A DNA stretch of 64,000 bases, from the NCBI GenBank assembly GCA_023393095.1, contig JAEWMT010000101.1, positions 6,583-70,582 of the forward strand. Direction: 5' to 3'. The notes beneath the pieces are model-generated. The model had not been told where the DNA came from, ran no database searches, and was given only the letters and a program-made list of their open reading frames with translations. The stretch comes from Bacillota bacterium. Lineage in GTDB: Bacteria > Bacillota > Clostridia > Lachnospirales > Lachnospiraceae. Positions 42,194 through 53,961 of the stretch are shown one piece after another (position 1 is the stretch's first letter; the number at the start of each line of letters is the position of its first letter). The translations under genes and the position numbers were made by a program.

Positions 42194-43306
42194 CTAATTC
42201 GTAGCTTTCTTCAATATATTCAAATTACGCTGCATTGCTTTAAAATAGGAATCTTTCGATCCGTCCCCTGTTACAATTGAGTCAATTACGTATACATTGG
42301 CATTGGTTTCCTCTGCAATCTGTCTTGGTATTGCATCACTATATTGCTCCTCTGTAAAAAGATATCTGATGTTCTTCTCCTTAACTCCCTTAACGATATC
42401 CGCAATGTTTCCTGCACTCAGTGATGTATCCGGTTCTATCTCCACTGAGAATGCAATCTTCATTCCAACCCTTTCAGCAAGATAAGCAAAGGCTTCATGG
42501 AAGATAACTGCCTCATTGCTTTTTACAACTACACCATTGGGATTATTATCAATACTACCTTGCTGACTGTCGTTGGGAAGTATTAAATTGCCAGATATAC
42601 TCTTCCTAATGTCTTCAACGCTGGTATTGATATTTTGTACTCCCCCCATATACTTCTTGGCGTTCTCACTTATTTTCTTAGCAACGGAATCTGCTTCCTT
42701 TTTCGTAAATACCTTCGATGATTTGATGTAATTAATTATTCCATCTCGGACATTCTCTATCTGCTTCTCATATAGCGATGGATCTAACCAAACATGAGAG
42801 TTGTAGCTTATATTCTCTACGCTTGATATCGCTTCGGCTCCATTTTCTAATACTTTGGCTCCGCCCACTGAATCTTCAATTTCATCCTCTGATGCTTTGG
42901 GTCCTTCTTCCCCATCTTCGAGCATTGTAATGCCCTTACTTGCATCAACAATCGTAAGATCTGGGTAATTTGCAGTGATATCCTCTAGAAAACCTTCCAT
43001 ACCTCCACCGTTAATTACCAAAACATCAGCTGTAGCTATTGTCTTCATATCCTCTGCCGTCAGCTGATAATCATGAAGACATCCGGTATTACGATTAATT
43101 AAGCTAGTAATTTCAATATTATCTGTCTGATCAGCCAGATTAAGACCTATCAGATAGACTGGATAAATTGTTGTAACGATATTTATTTTATCACTACTCT
43201 TCATCGCTTCAAGGTCGGATTTGGAATATGCCAGTTTTGTAAAAATCGCGCCCATTGCAGCAATTATAACCATTGTCATAAGCAAATATATTAGTTTACT
43301 TTTCAT
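42194..43306 (-). CDS. znuA: Metal ABC transporter substrate-binding protein
   Basis: LHDYQLT, INGGGME, SHVWLDP, FHEAFAYL. Confidence 0.85.
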   Translation of the reverse strand: MKSKLIYLLMTMVIIAAMGAIFTKLAYSKSDLEAMKSSDKINIVTTIYPVYLIGLNLADQTDNIEITSLINRNTGCLHDYQLTAEDMKTIATADVLVINGGGMEGFLEDITANYPDLTIVDASKGITMLEDGEEGPKASEDEIEDSVGGAKVLENGAEAISSVENISYNSHVWLDPSLYEKQIENVRDGIINYIKSSKVFTKKEADSVAKKISENAKKYMGGVQNINTSVEDIRKSISGNLILPNDSQQGSIDNNPNGVVVKSNEAVIFHEAFAYLAERVGMKIAFSVEIEPDTSLSAGNIADIVKGVKEKNIRYLFTEEQYSDAIPRQIAEETNANVYVIDSIVTGDGSKDSYFKAMQRNLNILKKATN

Positions 43307-43318
43307 GTGTTTCCTCTC

Positions 43319-43341
43319 TAATTGCAAATCATTTGCATTTA
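43319..43341. promoter_or_regulatory. Zur/Fur-family operator
   Basis: Near-palindrome TAATTGCAAATCATTTGCATTTA just upstream of the znuA RBS. Confidence 0.7.
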
Positions 43342-43657
43342 CCCATTATATTATAATTATTACCAACTGTCAACTTGTTTAGACTATTTGAAGCAGATGT
43401 AAAGTGGTTGTGAGTAGTAATAATCAAATAGAAGCACCCACTAATAACTTATATTCTTGCCTTGTAAAATTAAAAGTTTTATGCTATTATTTCACTTGAT
43501 TAAAAGTTAGCTTCCAATTTCAGGTGTTTACTCCCCATATCAAGGGTGTAAATTATGATATCAAGATTTTTCACAAAGTGAATTGAAGAAAGCAATTCAC
43601 AACAAATAACATGCTGACGCCCAAATTCGCGGTGCATCAGCAGAATGGAGACCAACT

Positions 43658-44170
43658 ATGAATAATAACAAAATAATTAAATTAGTAACCGCCGGACTGT
43701 TCGCTGCAATTACCTGCGTAGTTACAATGTTTCTTCCAATTAAAATACCAGTAGCAAACGGCGGTTATATTCATCCCGGTGATGCATTCGTATTACTATC
43801 CGGAATTATATTAGGACCGCTTTATGGTGGAATTGCAGCAGGAATCGGCTCCATGTTATCTGACCTTTTTCTCGGTTATGTAATCTATGCGCCCGCCACT
43901 CTGGTTATTAAAGCACTAGCTGCCATCGCTGCTGCTTATGCTTATCGTCACATTAAAAAAGGCTCCGTTATCATTTCTGGTATTTTTGTCGGTATTGTTG
44001 TAACCGTATGCTATTATATATATGAATGTTTCCTTTTAGGAAATCTTATATCTCCACTGATTAACGCCTCATTTAATCTTATACAGAATATTATGGGAAT
44101 TGTATTAGGTGCAATTATTCTTCCTTTACTTATGAAAGTACCTCAGATAAAGGGTATGATTGAGGAATAA
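43658..44170 (+). CDS. ECF transporter S component
   Basis: GYIHPGDAFVLLSGIILGPLYGGIAAGIGSMLSDL; about 6 TM; substrate not assignable. Confidence 0.88.
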   Translation: MNNNKIIKLVTAGLFAAITCVVTMFLPIKIPVANGGYIHPGDAFVLLSGIILGPLYGGIAAGIGSMLSDLFLGYVIYAPATLVIKALAAIAAAYAYRHIKKGSVIISGIFVGIVVTVCYYIYECFLLGNLISPLINASFNLIQNIMGIVLGAIILPLLMKVPQIKGMIEE

Positions 44171-44281
44171 GATTGATAAGAAATTGAATCGTAGTTTACT
44201 GATTTTTTAAACATACTCAAACTATAAATAAAAGTAATAGATATTATTAGTTTAATTAAAGTTAATTCAATCGATCTACTG

Positions 44282-44310
44282 TTGACTTATTACGACAAAG
44301 CTCCTATAAT
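44282..44310 (+). promoter_or_regulatory. SigA promoter of the pfl leader
   Basis: TTGACT-17 bp-TATAAT. Confidence 0.8.
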
Positions 44311-44316
44311 TTAGTT

Positions 44317-44412
44317 ATATCGGAACTGGCGGATATGTGGGTTACCACGAGGGACCGATAGCAGTGCTTCCTACTATCGTGAAGCCGGATTAGAATGTCG
44401 ACCGCCTGGGCA
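44317..44412 (+). ncRNA. ZMP/ZTP riboswitch (pfl motif)
   Basis: TATCGG-AACTGGCGGA-GTGG-gtta-CCAC-GAGGGA-CCGATA then distal GTCGACCGCCTGGGCA; upstream of pflB. Confidence 0.9.
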
Positions 44413-44434
44413 AGAACAGCTCAGGCGGTTTTTT
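44401..44434 (+). terminator. Riboswitch-controlled terminator overlapping the aptamer 3' stem
   Basis: ACCGCCTGGGC-AAGAACA-GCTCAGGCGGT followed by TTTTT. Confidence 0.85.
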
Positions 44435-44567
44435 GATGCCTTTATTTAAAAGCATGGAAGATTTGCCACCAGCAACATGTATCCCTAGTACATGTAAGCG
44501 TTACTGTTCTTTATTTTCATCAGTTGTAGATGTGTGTTATCGCTTAAGCAGCAGAAATGGAGGAAAT

Positions 44568-46793
44568 ATGAATGCATGGTATGATTTTAACCCGGGCAAA
44601 TGGCAGGCAGAAATTGATGTCAGAGATTTTATCTTAAATAATTACACCCCCTATGAGGGTGATGAAAGCTTTCTTGAACCGGCAACCAGCCGTACTCTGA
44701 CTCTGAATGAGAAGTATAAGGAGCTTTCTCTGATTGAACACGAGAAAGGAGTTCTATCCATTAATACAGATAAGGTTAGCTCCCTTTTAACCTATGAGCC
44801 CGCTTACCTTGATAAGGAGAATGAAATCATATTTGGATTTCAAACAGATGCTCCCTTAAAAAGAGGTGTGAATCCTTTTGGCGGAATCAGAATGGCACGG
44901 CAGGCATGTGAAGCATATGGCTATACACTATCCGAGGAGGTAGAAGAACATTTTAGGTATCGTACCACTCATAATGATGGTGTGTTCCGTGTCTATTCGC
45001 CAGAAATGAGAAAAGCACGTAAAAGTGGTGTGATCACCGGTCTACCCGATGCTTACGGCAGAGGCCGCATCATTGGTGATTACCGAAGAGTCCCTCTGTA
45101 TGGTATTGACTATCTAATCAAACAAAAGGAAAATGATAAATTAAACTTAAGCTATGCTTTCATGGATGAGGAGAATATAAGAACCCTAGAGGAGTTATAT
45201 CGACAGATTGACTTCTTAAAGCAGTTAAAGGAAATGGCTCTTAGTTATGGTTTTGATATCTCAAGGCCAGCCACTAATGCAAGAGAAGCAGTACAATGGC
45301 TCTATTTTGCCTATCTTGGAGCTATCAAAGAACAGAATGGAGCCGCAATGTCCTTAGGACGAACCTCCACCTTCTTAGATATTTATTTTGAACGCGATCT
45401 TAGAAAAGGTTTAATTACTGAAATTGAAGCTCAGGAAATTATCGATCAGTTTGTACTTAAGCTACGTATGGCTAGGCAATTACGTACACCGGAATATAAT
45501 GAACTATATGCCGGAGATCCTACCTGGGTAACAGAATCCATCGCAGGTATAACCGAGGATGGACGAAGTATGGTAACTAAGAATAGCTATCGTTTTCTTC
45601 ATACCCTAACGAATCTTACACCAGCCCCAGAACCTAATCTTACGGTGTTATGGTCTAACAAGCTTCCAAAGACATTCAAAAATTACTGCGCTAAGATGTC
45701 CATAGAAACCGATTCCATTCAATATGAAAATGATGACCTAATGCGAACAGATTATGGCGATGACTATGGAATTGCCTGCTGCGTATCAGCCATGCGGATA
45801 GGAAAGCAGATGCAATTCTTCGGTGCCCGCTGTAATCTTGCAAAGGTTCTCTTAATGAGCCTTAATGGTGGTAAGGATGAAAAAAGCGGCGAACAGATTG
45901 GTCCGCAGACGATAAGCTTTGAAGATGATAAAGTACTTGAGTACGACAAAGTTATGGAGCATTTCCTTCCGATGATGGATTGGTTATGCGAGCTTTATGT
46001 CAATACGATGAATGTAATCCATTACATGCATGATAAATACGCTTATGAGAAGCTACAGATGGCTCTTCATGATACTAAGGTTGAACGGCTTATGGGCTTT
46101 GGAATTGCCGGTTTATCCGTCGTAGCAGATTCCTTAAGTGCAATCAAATATGCGAAAGTAACTCCAATTAAGGATTCTCGTGGTATCATCTCGGATTTTA
46201 AGATTGAAGGGGAATACCCTGCCTTTGGTAATGACGATGACCGAGTCGATCAAATCGCAAAAATGTTGACTGATGAATTCATCACACGTCTTAGAAAGCA
46301 TCCAGCCTATCGTAATGCCAAACACACATTATCCATTCTAACCATAACAAGTAACGTTGTATACGGAACGAAAACCGGCTCAACACCAGATGGGCGAAAA
46401 GGCGGTTCACCCTTTGCACCGGGCGCCAACCCTATGCATGGAAGGGATGTCAAAGGAGCACTTGCTTCTCTCATTTCTGTATCCAAATTAAATTATGATA
46501 ACTGCAAAGATGGCATTTCCTATACATTTACTATCACACCGGATACTCTGGGCAAAAGCCAGCCAGAACAGATCAATAATCTTACTGCTTTAATTGATGG
46601 ATACTTTACGAAAATGGGGCATCATATTAATGTCAATGTACTGAATCGTGAGCTGCTTCTTGATGCCAAGGCTCATCCTGAGAAGTATCCAAATCTAACA
46701 ATAAGGGTATCAGGCTATGCAGTACGATTTAATTCCTTAAGTTCTAAGCAACAGGACGAAGTTATCGCTAGAACGTTTCATTCTAAACTATAA
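44568..46793 (+). CDS. pflB: Pyruvate formate-lyase
   Basis: [17 protein letters not shown], active-site IACCVS, glycyl-radical TIRVSGYAV; start at ATG 44568 after GGAGG. Confidence 0.97.
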   Translation: MNAWYDFNPGKWQAEIDVRDFILNNYTPYEGDESFLEPATSRTLTLNEKYKELSLIEHEKGVLSINTDKVSSLLTYEPAYLDKENEIIFGFQTDAPLKRGVNPFGGIRMARQACEAYGYTLSEEVEEHFRYRTTHNDGVFRVYSPEMRKARKSGVITGLPDAYGRGRIIGDYRRVPLYGIDYLIKQKENDKLNLSYAFMDEENIRTLEELYRQIDFLKQLKEMALSYGFDISRPATNAREAVQWLYFAYLGAIKEQNGAAMSLGRTSTFLDIYFERDLRKGLITEIEAQEIIDQFVLKLRMARQLRTPEYNELYAGDPTWVTESIAGITEDGRSMVTKNSYRFLHTLTNLTPAPEPNLTVLWSNKLPKTFKNYCAKMSIETDSIQYENDDLMRTDYGDDYGIACCVSAMRIGKQMQFFGARCNLAKVLLMSLNGGKDEKSGEQIGPQTISFEDDKVLEYDKVMEHFLPMMDWLCELYVNTMNVIHYMHDKYAYEKLQMALHDTKVERLMGFGIAGLSVVADSLSAIKYAKVTPIKDSRGIISDFKIEGEYPAFGNDDDRVDQIAKMLTDEFITRLRKHPAYRNAKHTLSILTITSNVVYGTKTGSTPDGRKGGSPFAPGANPMHGRDVKGALASLISVSKLNYDNCKDGISYTFTITPDTLGKSQPEQINNLTALIDGYFTKMGHHINVNVLNRELLLDAKAHPEKYPNLTIRVSGYAVRFNSLSSKQQDEVIARTFHSKL

Positions 46794-46994
46794 TTTATAC
46801 TTAGTATGGCTAATTAAACGTAAGTGTATAATTATCGAGTATGTTGCACTAAAAAACTAGAGTGAAAAGCTGTGGTGTAATAAAATATCAGTCCATCAAT
46901 TAGAGTAATTGTCTCTAGTTATTGGACTGTTTGTTTTTTACAGAACTCTTGCACTTTCTGTTACCATGGTTAATCCAAACATGGCATATAAAGA

Positions 46995-47479
46995 ACCTAA
47001 CATAATTCAATGCATGTATGGTATTGCGGATAATAGCTTCATTAACACCGTTTCTGATTTCCATAGTGATGGAGTTCTGGTGGAGTATTACGGCTCTGGA
47101 GGAAGTACCTGTTTGGGAAATCTCTATAGATTCATTAGGAAAAGTAAGTGGACAATTGCCCAAGATAGATCAATCTTTTTTACTTATTTTATATCAGGAA
47201 TATCACATACCATTCCTCTCAAACGTCTCAGCCAGTAATAGTAGGTATGGATATGTTAACTTTGTTATAATCACAGTATTGTTGGATGGTCATACCGCTA
47301 CTTTGACAGTCTAAGATAAACTGTCTCCATTCGTCAGCTTTCTCAGAATATATCATAATAAAAACACCTCCAGATATAAATTCTCGCTAAAGTTAATGAC
47401 TCTATACTTTAACTGTGTATAGAGCCGTTCTCTCATGAAAACTCATATCTGCAAATATACCAAGTAATTTTGCGCTTAC
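46995..47479 (-). mobile_element. IS66-family relic: left end, decayed tnpA and first codons of tnpB
   Basis: Minus strand starts GTAAGCGCAAAATTAC; GGAGG then MIYSEKADEWRQFILDCQSSGMTIQQYC, frameshift, TYYYWLRRLR; later stop and further frameshifts; ends at ATG TTA GGT. Confidence 0.8.
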
Positions 47480-47567
47480 AAGGTAATTAAGAGAAATGCA
47501 TTCGGATTAGAAACTTTAAGAACTTCAGAAATAGAATCCCATCCTTATTATATATACAAATCTATAA

Positions 47568-47602
47568 AAAGATTGCTGTCCGATTAGCGGACAGCAATCT
47601 TT
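47568..47602 (-). terminator. Intrinsic terminator of the surface-protein gene
   Basis: AAAGATTGCTGTCCG-ATTAG-CGGACAGCAATCTTT with flanking A/T tracts. Confidence 0.8.
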
Positions 47603-47694
47603 ATTTTATTAATAATACATTATTTACTTGATACTAATTTTAACTTTACGTTGCACATAATTTCTTAGTGCTACAAAGCCTTAATACCAATTTA

Positions 47695-50415
47695 TTATTG
47701 AACTTCGATAGTAATATTTGGATTGAATACATAGTTAAGTTTAACAGCTGGAGTCGCACCATTACTTGTAACGTAGTCAACTTCCGTAATTAATATTGAC
47801 TGACCAGCTTTTAATTTTAACGTAGCAAAATCTAAAGTAGTAGCTTCTTTCTTAATATTTCCGTCATAGTAAACAATCTTTTGAATACCGAGAGTAGAGT
47901 CCGAAGTATTAATCTCATCCTCATCACCTGATTTAAATTCATTTATATTAAATGTTAAAGCTTTGCTTACTGCTGAAATAAGTGCCTCATCATTTGCAGC
48001 TATATACTTAGTATTATCCAAGCTTTTCTTTGTACTATCAGTCACTACAATTGAGAAGCTTCCCAGATATTGATCTTTTTTCAAGTTCTTTGCAAGATTA
48101 TCAGCTTTTGCTGTAAATGTAAATGTATAAGTACCTTCTGATACATTAGCTACAGCTGTTGTGGTAGCATTATCTACAGCGATAATTTCACTAGAAGCAG
48201 TTGATACTAATTTTGCTTTTAAAGGATCTACATCTGATAGTAAAGTTCCATTAACAACAACTTTAATGTTGTAATCAGCTGTTGGATCAAGCTTTGCTAC
48301 TCTAGCACCTTTTACGTTGAAACCATATACTGTGAAACCTATTTTCTGACCATAATTTGCATTAAGATCTACTTTAGATGTAGTAGCTTCTGCATTCCAT
48401 CTAACTGCAGCTGTGTCAGAACCATCAACTACATTAATGCTAACAGTTACATCTTTATTTGTCTTAGCACCTGTAATATCTACATACTGAAGTGTAACTT
48501 TTAACATATAGAAACCAGGAGTAGCACCAGCTCCATTAATTGAAATAACATTCTTATTATATGATTTATCATCAGATTTAACTGTTCCATCAGTATTAAC
48601 AGTTGGACATATAACAGTACCAGATGCAAGTGTAGGTTTTACTAACCATAAAGATGTATCTGTAGCAAAATCACTAAGTATAGCGACTGTAGAAGTAACA
48701 GTTCCTGCATTAATTCCGCTTCCTAAATTATCTAATGTAGAGAAAGATACCTTAGTAGGAGCGCTGACAGCTGGATTTGTATTATCTACTGTAACCTCAG
48801 GTGTATCAACTGTAGCAGTTGCAAATGATCTCTTATCTACAACTGTTACATCAAATGATGTAATGGCTTTACCATCAGCATCCTTAACTACTACAGTTAC
48901 TGTACCAGCTACTGATGCAACTAACTGCCATTCACCATTGGTTACCTTATTAATTGTTAATTTGCTTGTATCGCTTGATACATAAGAAAATTTAGCATCA
49001 TTCCATGAATACTTATAAGCCGTATCGGTAGAATTAGCAATCTTATATCTAGCCTGGATTGAATAACCCTCATCCTTAACAGCTAATTTTAGATTACCTT
49101 TCCATTCAGAATCTTTAATAGCTACTGTTGATCTATTAGGAGTTAATTCAAACTGTAATGTACTAACATCAATTGAGCCAGCAGCAAAAGCTGTAACTAC
49201 TGCGGAATCTTCAGCAGTATTAGTATTATATGTTTTTGCTGTTGAATCATAGTAACCATAGCTGAATTTAGCTGATACATCTGCAGTGTTTCCTGCAGCG
49301 TAGAGGCAAACACTATCTCCATATGCATATCCCTTTGTAGCTTCGCCACCATATGTAAATGATAAGAAATTAGCGAATACTGCATCACTATTACCATCGT
49401 AAATTGCAACGCCATCTGCATTTAATCCTAATACATGCTTACTCATTTTTTCTGGTGTATTATTGCCTACAGTAAAATCGCTAAACTGTATTGTCTTAAC
49501 AAGAGATAAATCCTTCTTAGCTGCTGTGAAGGAGCCTTTCATTTCACCGTATACAAAATCATATTTTGCTTCAGTTGAAAGAGATGCAAATAAATCAATA
49601 GTTGCAACCTTACCTGTGGAATCTAAAGTTACAGTTTTAATTTTTTCAGCACCAGTGCTAACCTGCTTGTCACCGATAATAACGAATAATTTAGCGGTTG
49701 TAGCAGAAAGATCTGTTTTGCTCATGTTACTATCAAATGTAGCAACGATTGTATCGGTGTCTTTCTGAACAACACTCTTTAAGCTAGCCTTAACAGTTAC
49801 TTTGTATGTATCAGTAGCTTTTACTTTAGAGCCGTCCTTAGCATTTGCAGTGATTGTATATTCACCAGCTGCTGTTGCCTTGAATACACCCTGGCTGCTA
49901 ATTGTTGCATCTGTTGTTGCAGCACCATCTTTTTCAACAGTCCAGTATGTCTTGGATGTTGTTCCTGTTGTCTTGCCGCCGAATGTTTTGTAGGATCTGT
50001 TGAAATCATTCTCTGCATCAACAGCAAGTGTGTCATTTGCAGGTTTGTTAGTAATAGTTAAAGTTTTGATGTTGTCTTTTACAGTAACTTTAGCGCTACT
50101 TGTATAAGTTTTCTTACCAGCTTTAACTTTTACAGTGATTTTAGCTGTACCAACAGCTACAGCTTTTGTTAAGCCGTTCTTGCTGTCTACGGTAGCAACC
50201 TTCTTGTTATCAGATGTCCATGTGTAGGTAGATCCTTTTACCTTGTTTACTACGCTGAAGTCATAGGACTTCGTCTCGCCAAGTGCTAATGTCTTTGATG
50301 TTGCATTGATCTTAGGTGTTGCAGCAGCAAAAGCACTTGCAGCAGGAGCGACTACGGATACGATCATCGCTAATGCCATAACGAAGGATAACTTCTTAAA
50401 GAAATTCTTCTTCAT
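47695..50415 (-). CDS. Secreted Ig-like-domain surface protein, probable S-layer protein
   Basis: Signal peptide; Big_2-like TWTSDNKKVATVD...TAKITV; T/A/K/V-rich; strongly biased codon use; strong AAGGAGG RBS. Confidence 0.75.
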   Translation of the reverse strand: MKKNFFKKLSFVMALAMIVSVVAPAASAFAAATPKINATSKTLALGETKSYDFSVVNKVKGSTYTWTSDNKKVATVDSKNGLTKAVAVGTAKITVKVKAGKKTYTSSAKVTVKDNIKTLTITNKPANDTLAVDAENDFNRSYKTFGGKTTGTTSKTYWTVEKDGAATTDATISSQGVFKATAAGEYTITANAKDGSKVKATDTYKVTVKASLKSVVQKDTDTIVATFDSNMSKTDLSATTAKLFVIIGDKQVSTGAEKIKTVTLDSTGKVATIDLFASLSTEAKYDFVYGEMKGSFTAAKKDLSLVKTIQFSDFTVGNNTPEKMSKHVLGLNADGVAIYDGNSDAVFANFLSFTYGGEATKGYAYGDSVCLYAAGNTADVSAKFSYGYYDSTAKTYNTNTAEDSAVVTAFAAGSIDVSTLQFELTPNRSTVAIKDSEWKGNLKLAVKDEGYSIQARYKIANSTDTAYKYSWNDAKFSYVSSDTSKLTINKVTNGEWQLVASVAGTVTVVVKDADGKAITSFDVTVVDKRSFATATVDTPEVTVDNTNPAVSAPTKVSFSTLDNLGSGINAGTVTSTVAILSDFATDTSLWLVKPTLASGTVICPTVNTDGTVKSDDKSYNKNVISINGAGATPGFYMLKVTLQYVDITGAKTNKDVTVSINVVDGSDTAAVRWNAEATTSKVDLNANYGQKIGFTVYGFNVKGARVAKLDPTADYNIKVVVNGTLLSDVDPLKAKLVSTASSEIIAVDNATTTAVANVSEGTYTFTFTAKADNLAKNLKKDQYLGSFSIVVTDSTKKSLDNTKYIAANDEALISAVSKALTFNINEFKSGDEDEINTSDSTLGIQKIVYYDGNIKKEATTLDFATLKLKAGQSILITEVDYVTSNGATPAVKLNYVFNPNITIEVQ

Positions 50416-50851
50416 ATTCTTACTTCCTCCTTAAAATATATGGTTTGGTATTATATTGCGCGTCCTTTTTTATTTCACGAAGTTTATTACCCCGCAAAAA
50501 CAGAAAGGTTCGCCTTAATATAATCTTCCAACAACAAGATGATTATAACAATAAAGGAAAAAAAGGTCAAGTCTTTTATCCGCATAATTTGGATAATTTA
50601 CCAGTTGTCAAATCCTTGGAATTGCTGTACTTATCTGCGTTTGGTTGATTATATTCTTAGTCAATATGCTCTCTCGGGTTACCCCCCTATGTAGACGATT
50701 CACCACATATCAGACTGTTTGATAACAGATGTAGAATAGGATGTGACATCATCTATTACTATGCCTTCTATGTGGATCCTGCCTTTTGCCTTGACTATGA
50801 GTATAATATGCACTTTGGTTGTGTCAGATTTATGTCACGCGTTTGTCACAA

Positions 50852-52342
50852 TTAGATTATTTTCAATACATTCTCAACCGTGGATTGCATTTCATTAATA
50901 TTACATACTTTGGTATGCAGAACCGGTGCTGTCCTAAGCTCTTCAACAGCCTTTGGAATCTCTGTCTTGGATACTTTCTTCAACATCAAAGCCTGTTCAT
51001 AATCATCCTCAGGAACGTCCTCCATATGAAGGGCACCAAGAACACTGTTCGCAAATTTGTATGGGCTTGCAGTAGATACGATAACTGTCTTTGTCTCATC
51101 TTTACTATTGTTTATTAATTTACGATAAACGCTTGCTGCTACGGCTGTATGAGTATCCATGATGTAATCATTCTCGCGATATTCTCTGTCAATTGCTTCC
51201 CCTGTCTCCTGCTCGGTAGCCCATCCTCCGATAAAATCCTTCAGCTTAGCTTTCATACTGTCAGTTATCTCATAGGAGCCGTTATTCGATAATGCTTTCA
51301 TAAACTGTGCAGTCTTCTCAGAATCATTATCAGCGATATGATAGATCAGACGTTCCAAGTTACTGGATACCAGAATATCCATAGAAGGTGATTGTGTTAA
51401 GATAAATTCACGGTTCTTATCATAACGTCCAGTCTCAAAGAAATCAAAAAGTACTTTATTTTCATTGGAAGCACAGATCAGCTTATTGATTGGTAATCCC
51501 AGACATTTTGCATAATATGCGGCCAGTATATTGCCAAAGTTACCGGTGGGTACTACAAAGTTAATTGTCTCACCCTCTGATATCTGTTTCTTCTTATATA
51601 AGGAGACATAGGAATGAACATAATATACAATTTGCGGTACTAATCTTCCGATATTGATAGAATTCGCCGAGGAGAACAGATATCCTGATTTTTTAAGGCG
51701 TTCGCCGAGCTCTTTATTGTTAAACATCATCTTGACACCGGTCTGAGCATCATCAAAATTACCACGAATTCCGATGACATTGGTGTTAGCACCTTTTTGT
51801 GTGACCATCTGTTTCTCCTGAATACTGCTTACGCCGTCCTTCGGGTAGAATACGATAATCTTTGTTCCTTCTACATCTGCAAAGCCAGCCAAAGCAGCCT
51901 TACCGGTATCGCCGGAGGTAGCGGTCAGAATTACGATATCCTCCTGCACATTATTCTTCTTTGCTGCTTTCGTTAGAAGATGAGGTAATATAGATAATGC
52001 CATATCCTTAAAAGCGATCGTAGCTCCGTGGAATAATTCTAAATAAAATGTCTGACCTACTTGCTTTAGCGGGGCTATCTCAGGTGTATCAAACTTGGCG
52101 TCATATGCTTTATTGATACAATCCTTCAATTCCTCCTCGGTATAGTCAGTCAGAAATAACTTCATTACTTCATAGGCCAGTCCACGATAATCAAGCTTAG
52201 AAAGCTCTTCTATTGATTTCGTAAGAACCGGTATTGTTTCCGGAACAAATAATCCTCCATCCGAAGATAATCCCTGTAGCACAGCTTGGGAAGCTGTTAC
52301 CCTGTTATTAGAGTCCCTTGTGCTCCTGTACATTAGGTTCAT
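50852..52342 (-). CDS. thrC: Threonine synthase
   Basis: YRSTR, LELFHGATIAFKD, ATSGDTG, SANSINIGRL, VPTGNFGN. Confidence 0.97.
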   Translation of the reverse strand: MNLMYRSTRDSNNRVTASQAVLQGLSSDGGLFVPETIPVLTKSIEELSKLDYRGLAYEVMKLFLTDYTEEELKDCINKAYDAKFDTPEIAPLKQVGQTFYLELFHGATIAFKDMALSILPHLLTKAAKKNNVQEDIVILTATSGDTGKAALAGFADVEGTKIIVFYPKDGVSSIQEKQMVTQKGANTNVIGIRGNFDDAQTGVKMMFNNKELGERLKKSGYLFSSANSINIGRLVPQIVYYVHSYVSLYKKKQISEGETINFVVPTGNFGNILAAYYAKCLGLPINKLICASNENKVLFDFFETGRYDKNREFILTQSPSMDILVSSNLERLIYHIADNDSEKTAQFMKALSNNGSYEITDSMKAKLKDFIGGWATEQETGEAIDREYRENDYIMDTHTAVAASVYRKLINNSKDETKTVIVSTASPYKFANSVLGALHMEDVPEDDYEQALMLKKVSKTEIPKAVEELRTAPVLHTKVCNINEMQSTVENVLKII

Positions 52343-52436
52343 AACAATTCAATCCCCTTTTCTTTGATTTCACTTTGCCTTTTGGTAGGCAAGTTTCATG
52401 TATTATAACATGACTAATACTTTGGATACAATACTT

Positions 52437-53390
52437 CTATTTATTTTTGTAGAATTCGTGTCCTCCGTGCCTGAACAGCCTGTCCAGCTTCGTATCAAAC
52501 CATCTCATCTTTGCTGCAGTTGTCCTAGCTCTTGCTACAAAATATAATGCACCTTGAGAATAATCTTCCCCTTTTAATGCTCTTCTCACAGCTTCTTTGG
52601 TAGCACTAGAAACTCTTACAGACCAATATTTCTTATTACCGACCGGTGAAAATTGATATCTTCCATCTTTTTGCTGAAAGATAACCCCTTTAATGCTATC
52701 GGGGAATTTTTTGCTGGTAACCCGGTTCATTATGACATTTGCAATCAATATCTTCCCTCTCATATCTTCTCCGCCGGCCTCGGCCTGAACAATCCGCTCC
52801 AGCATCGCTACTTCATTGTCTACGATGTTGCTGTATCTTGTACCTAGAGTTGCACGAGCGGATGCATTTGAATTTCTGGATTTCTCTTTTTTCTCTTTTA
52901 ATTTCTGATCAGCCTCTTTTACAATATCCAGACTGCCCATCTTTCGTATCAGCCTATCAAAGGTATCCTCATCCATTGCATTGCCTAAGAGCCATACGGT
53001 ATCTGTACCGTCCGTTGTATCCAAATTATTTATCAATGGATTTACTGGTATCCTAGAGGTTGAACCAGCCATTACATGTTCTGATACGGTCATTCCCGTA
53101 TCAACAAATGCTGTATTGGTAAGTCCGTATGGATTTACCAACGAAATATTCGTAAGCTGAGCTGTAACTTCATTAGCATCATCCTGATACAGCTTACTGT
53201 TTAATGTGTTCTGCGTCTCTTCCTGAGTATTTTCACTTATCCCCGCTGCTGAAGATCGGATGTTATAAAACATATCAGATCCCAGTATCATCATTAAAGC
53301 AGATAAGACATATGCAATAAAAATCATGATATAACCATGTTGACTTTCATGCATCTTTCTCTTTTGAAGAAACGAATATATTATAGACAT
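52437..53390 (-). CDS. Cell-wall hydrolase (SleB/Hydrolase_2 domain)
   Basis: LERIVQAEAGGE, ANVIMNRV, FPDSIKGVIFQ, YQFSPV, GALYF, GGHEFY. Confidence 0.9.
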   Translation of the reverse strand: MSIIYSFLQKRKMHESQHGYIMIFIAYVLSALMMILGSDMFYNIRSSAAGISENTQEETQNTLNSKLYQDDANEVTAQLTNISLVNPYGLTNTAFVDTGMTVSEHVMAGSTSRIPVNPLINNLDTTDGTDTVWLLGNAMDEDTFDRLIRKMGSLDIVKEADQKLKEKKEKSRNSNASARATLGTRYSNIVDNEVAMLERIVQAEAGGEDMRGKILIANVIMNRVTSKKFPDSIKGVIFQQKDGRYQFSPVGNKKYWSVRVSSATKEAVRRALKGEDYSQGALYFVARARTTAAKMRWFDTKLDRLFRHGGHEFYKNK

Positions 53391-53815
53391 ACTCTTTCCT
53401 CTCTTTGCATTTTTTTACAATAGTGTTTTCCAATTAGTTACTGCTTTGGAAACAACTATCATGGATTATATTTAAGTGTAATTTTTGTGTCAATATCATA
53501 AGCACATTTTCGTTATATGACACGATATATGATTTCCACATTTTGTATTATCGTGTGATATATACCAATTATTAAACCTTAAACATAATGTTATTGCATC
53601 AATATGCACAAGATAATTTTAACAAATTATTAAGCACATATTAAATATTTTACGCTAGTATATAGAAAAATATTCATATTCTACCATATTAGTATTAAAA
53701 TAATTGAAAATAGGCACATTCTACAGTGATATCACTTAATAATTTATTAATATTTTACAGTGCATAATTTGTCTCATTGCAGTATCTTACTGATTCTGAT
53801 ATATTGAAAATATGA

Positions 53816-53907
53816 TTAGGACTGTCATAAATCAGTTCTATATATAGCAAAGAATCTGCATGCCTATATATATATTGATTTATTTTATAGATGACTTATG
53901 ACACCCA
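53816..53907. repeat. Short palindrome with ends like the family A outer arms
   Basis: TGTCATAAATCA...TGACTTATGACACCC. Confidence 0.6.
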
Positions 53908-53961
53908 GATAAATGATTAAAATACTAACGAATCAACCTAAATACAACGGAGGAAAGAAGG

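Noticed and set aside
43500..43657. Vitamin riboswitch upstream of the ECF S component
   Set aside because: No TPP, FMN, SAM, preQ1 or cobalamin consensus recognised
44433..44567. N-terminal extension of PflB
   Set aside because: Starts at a TTG in the terminator U-tract; ATG 44568 has a GGAGG RBS
46909..47314. Plus-strand ORFs of 109 and 98 aa
   Set aside because: Antisense to the decayed IS66 tnpA; no RBS or recognisable motif
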